Positions 59,645 through 64,000 of a DNA stretch of 64,000 nucleotides are shown here, piece by piece. The first letter of the stretch is position 1. Every line of letters begins with the position of its first letter. A model generated the notes under the pieces. It had not been told where the DNA came from and did no database searches. It saw only the letters and a list, made by a program, of their open reading frames with translations. The stretch lies in the NCBI GenBank assembly GCA_001687465.1, contig LVLI01000327.1, positions 1 through 64,000 on the forward strand, written 5' to 3'. The position numbers and the translations under genes are program-made. The DNA is from Halocafeteria seosinensis. Taxonomy: Eukaryota.

Positions 59645-62600
59645 ATGTCTCGGATGCTGTTTGCCCGGAAATATGCCTTGCTATCGCGTTTACGCGACAG
59701 TATGGGGAGTGAGTTTAGGGGCTTCAGCAGCTCGGCATTATCCTCTCCGTCGGCTTCGTACGCACCGTCACAAACGTCACTGCCTCATACACCGTCACAC
59801 TCTGGAAAACAGAGATGGAGCGAGTGGGGAAGTGGCAATGTCACTGCTCCCCCGGCGAACTGGCAACCCCATTGGAAGCCTGAGACGAGGACTCCCCGAA
59901 CGACTGTAAGCGCTGCCTCATTGTTGAATGATTGCGTAGACAACCGACACCCATTTGGAATTGTGCTACACCCAGGACATTAAAGATAGAAGCCCGTTAT
60001 CCATTAAGCAAACAAACGGTGCCCGTCATATTCGCCTCAATATGAAAGAAGCGTTTAATGCTCTAAATGCGGAGGTGCTCACGGATACCTATAATCAACT
60101 GAAACAGGTGTGTGCGAGTCATCTTAGTGTACCGATGCATGTCTCCCTTGTGAGTGTCGTTTTGCTTCTACAGCTCGAACACAATGATGCTGTGAATTGC
60201 ATTGTAATAACAGGAGCAACGAATCAAGTAAGCCGAAAACCACTTGTGCTGAGGATGTTCCAATGCAGAAGGAGCAACGTGTTTTGTACAGGTGTTTTGC
60301 TCGGGGAGTGACTACAGGCATATTTGGAACGCTCTTAAGAACGGCGCAAGTCATGAGAGAGTGGATGCTACTTTGCGCGCTCAGTACCAACTTTTGTGGC
60401 TCCTGCGGACTTACACCAAACCTGTAAGTCTGGCCAGGCGCGTTTGTGTGCCGTAGGTGATATATTCCTCCAACTGTTTGCAGATAGTTACTGTTATGGA
60501 CGGCCTGACTCTCGGCTCAGGCTATGGCCTTGCGTCCCATTCTGAATATGCTTACGCGACGGAGAATACCGCACTGAGCATCCCGGAGACTACTTTAGGG
60601 CTTGTACCTTCTGGAGGCTCCTCGTATTACTTATCTAGAATGGGGAATGGAGTGGGTATGTACCTAGCTCTCACCGGGGCGGCACTCCACGGTGAAGAAG
60701 TATATTGGAGTGGGATGGTACCGCACTTTACTTCAAGCAATGTCGCCCAACATGAGTCAGTTAACATAGCTGGTGAGCCTCATAGAGAGCCTTTCAAAAA
60801 TTTTGAAATGGAGAGTGATCGTCAATACCTTAGGTCACTGGAGTTAATTCGTGAAGATCTCGCCAATCGAAAGCATCAAGCTGTAGTCCAAGGAATGCCG
60901 GAGGATGCGAACGAAGAGGAGCTCCAACGTTTCTTTGATTTGAACACCTGGTACACATTGTACAGCAGTGGGCATAAAAAAATGGCTGATCGTTTTCTCA
61001 AACGAGGGTATGGCGGCATCGGAATGCTTGATAACTCTGAATCTCGAGGAAAATTTTTGGACTTCTATTCCAGTGACATAGTGGAGGGACGGGACATTCC
61101 TTCTCAACCCGAAGGGGTCAACGAAGATGTTCGGAATAGGATGTCCGGTCTTAATCTGCAAATGAAGTCCATCGGTCTCGGAGAATGCCCAGAGCAACCT
61201 TCGAGGGAGACAGTGCACAAGCTGTCTGCGATACGCAGAATATTCTCGGGCCAACCAGAGCATGGTGATCCTGTATATTTGGTCTCTCAAAGGTCTACCA
61301 AGAAAACTAAGAGTAGAATGGATTGGCTCTCTTCGATTGCTGACAAAGAATGGGATCCAGAGTGGGAACGAAAGCTCCCGCAACCGCTGGAACATGTGCT
61401 GCTGAACATCTATGTCAGGCTGGACCAAGCTCCCGCACGCAATCCGAACGTGCATCACATAATAACAGAGACAGTGCGGGAGGGCGTATACCGCGCTTGG
61501 CCTTTTGGCCTACTCGATCAGCTTGCACTGGATAAGCTTTGCCTGGACTGTGAAGTTCCGGATGATCCCATGTTGCATAGGCAAGTAGCTGAGGGTGTAA
61601 TTCTCGCAACTTCGAAGGTTCAAAACGTTCCTGCTTGGGCACTGACACATCCCTGGATAACTGCCAGAGACAAGAAAGAAAGGGACTGGAAGCAAGAAGG
61701 AAAGAGAGTTTATGACAGTGATGACGGCGGAGAGATGACCCCCAAGTTAGCAAGTTCTGACCCCATGTACAGCATGGGGTGGGAGGATATTCATTACGAT
61801 ATTTATGACACAATTGAGCACCCGGACTATGCTGTCCCTTTATCCTTGACGAAGCAACCGGACAACGTTCTCCCCAAGACCCCATCGACGATACAAGAAC
61901 GTCCTTTGAGCATCGCAGAAAGTCGCAGTGGCAATGTGTTCGGTGGCGAATTCGAAGCAGGGAAAACCGACGGACAGCAATGGAGATCGTTTCTCAAGCA
62001 GCAAAGGTATCTGAACAAGCGCAGTCGCTTGCCGAAAGCAAGTGTGCGCTATTTTGAAGAAGGGGTCTCTGGCGATCTCAGCAACCAGCTTGATGAGTTG
62101 GGGGAAGTAGTCAAATCTTATTCTGAATCTTATCAGGATATGCTGAAACGCCACGGTCTGGATACCAGCAGCAAAAGAGAACAACACGCTAGAGAGCTCA
62201 AGGAGCAGAAATCGTTCCTTGACGGCAAGCAATCTGATATTGGAGACAGTGACATGGTGAATCTGTATGATCCGTCGAGTACAGTTGAACGGGCCTCGAG
62301 ATACGTTGTCTTGGATACAGATGAGAAACTGTCAGTATTCACTCGCTCAACTGGAGAAGGTTTCGAAGAAATCAATGATCTGCGGGAAAAACTGGGAGCT
62401 GTAGGGGCGCTATGGGAAACACGCTATCCCTGGATGGCGGCGCCTATTCTTGGCGGTGCACGCGAGGCGGCGTTATCCATTTATGGATCTGAGGAGTTTC
62501 AGTTTTTGGATTCAATCCGCCAAGAAAATGGCATTTATAATCTTGAAAATGAACTATCGGAGTTCCACCTTCGCCAAGGCCCCTTAAGCGCTACAGAAGA

Positions 62601-64000
62601 GCACCTTTTGGATGCATTGCTTGAGGAACTGAAACAAAGTAACACTATCGAGAGTGTCCTAAGTTTTGGTAGACTCGGTCAACATTATAGAAACATGTTT
62701 TTTGAGTCATCTGAGGTGTCGACTAAGAAGATCCAGCAATGGGTGGCACAAATTCGAAGTCAACCGCAAAGTGCAGTTGAAGAAGAAGCTTGGGCCTTGC
62801 TGAGTTCCAGACTCCTTGAAGCTTATCGGGAGGCACAAAGTGTAGCGGACAACACAAAAGCTAAGGGTGGCAGGAGTAATGTTTCTACTGCAAAACAGCT
62901 TGACGTGATCAAGGAAGCAACAAGAAAATTATCCTCGCTGTCTGAAGTAAAGGGAAATTCTGCAAGTAAGCCGTTTAATGAATCTTCCGTCACTCCGTCC
63001 TCTGCATCTCCGTATTCGGCCGCCATCCTCTCTGAGGATTACTGTGTCCAACGGAACTCGAGCCATGAAGCCGAGATGGAAAATCGCCGTGCCCAACAAG
63101 GCTCATCCAACTTGAACGTGGATACGAGGGCCCTTGTCTCTCCCACTGGAAGCTCAACTAGGATAGACACCATTGATTCCAATGGTGCACAGAACCTGGT
63201 GTTCCAGTCTGTGGTCGATGAACTCGCGAATACCGAAGCATCAGACAAACAGCTTCACGTAGAACAACTTGCTTCGCAAACTGGAGTTAAGGACGACCTT
63301 GATGCAATGCTGTCGGTTGAAGGCGATAGCGCAAATAGTGTTAATGAGGAATCGGCAAGTGCCTCTCCGTACTACGCCCGCGAGAAAGATGTATATAACG
63401 TCCCTCTACAAGCAGCAAACCTCAAAAAATATAGAGAATTAACCTCGGCGACTGCTGCGGGTTACGAAAGCGATGCGTTGCAAGAGGTCAGTCCGGCAAT
63501 GAGAAATTCAATAGATTTATCTGTGTACCACAAACATGAGAGCGATCTCTCGGAAGATGAAAATTCTGTGAGGAACGTCGCCGTGGCTGCAGGACATAGT
63601 TTTGAAACTTCAGGGGTTGCTGCTGCCCGAGACGGGCGACTCTCAAACTCGACTCTTTCTGGGGTGAATAGTTCTTCGAAGAAATTGGAGAAGACACTTG
63701 AAGATGAATGGTTTTCATGGGCGTTGAGACATGGTGCAATTTTCCAAGAACAGCTGGCTAACGTCGCAAGGAAGAGTATGAACATGGAGCCCCTCAAGAA
63801 AGATTCTGAAGTCACGAATAACAAATATTCCGACCTCCTGGCTTCTCAATTCAGTGGGGCAAACAGAAATGACGCCAGTAAGATAATGGACTTGCTGCAG
63901 AAAGCAACAGAGGAACAGGGGCTGCCACTCGACAGAAGGAGGATATTGAAAGCTCTAGAACGAGGCGACATCAAAGGTGCAGCAGAGGAACTGGTTGGGA
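59645..64000 (+). CDS. Mitochondrion-targeted 3-hydroxyisobutyryl-CoA hydrolase-like (crotonase fold) protein with very long extension; runs off the window
   Basis: Presequence (..FRGFSSSA), IRLN..AFNALN, VFCSGSD, YTKP|IVTVMDGLTLGSGYGL, ATENT..SIPETTLGLVPSGG..YYLSR and GMYLALTG..L.GEE. The last exon from 60484 appears open to 64000 (spot-checked; no closed ORF in that frame in the track). Confidence 0.85.

Noticed and set aside
60844..63824. Minus-strand ORFs near the right end
   Set aside because: They are shadows of the plus-strand HIBCH-like reading frame that runs off the window.

Overview
Gene-dense eukaryotic nuclear DNA with about 24 protein-coding genes, short (~50-90 nt) GT-AG introns and very short intergenic spacers. 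A mitochondrial gamma-carbonic anhydrase, HslU, AP-4, a Dam1/DASH subunit and a cadherin-repeat surface protein together suggest a non-opisthokont protist, possibly a heterotrophic stramenopile (inference only). Gene models were built by manual splicing. Two large genes run off the window ends (a cadherin/Cys-rich surface protein on the left and an HIBCH-like giant on the right), and their long terminal exons are missing from the ORF track. The WW-domain exon and the second exon of Dad2 are also missing from the track. The most unusual items are: (1) a mitochondrion-targeted F1-ATPase alpha-like protein with no P-loop and a ~270-aa insertion; (2) an HIBCH-like pseudoenzyme with a >1000-aa extension; (3) a LYR-motif plus HspQ/YccV fusion; (4) a glucokinase-regulatory-protein homolog; (5) nested palindromic GGCCC/CAASTTG elements and a recurring CAASTTG intergenic motif. 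No tRNA, rRNA, CRISPR array or intact transposon was recognised.
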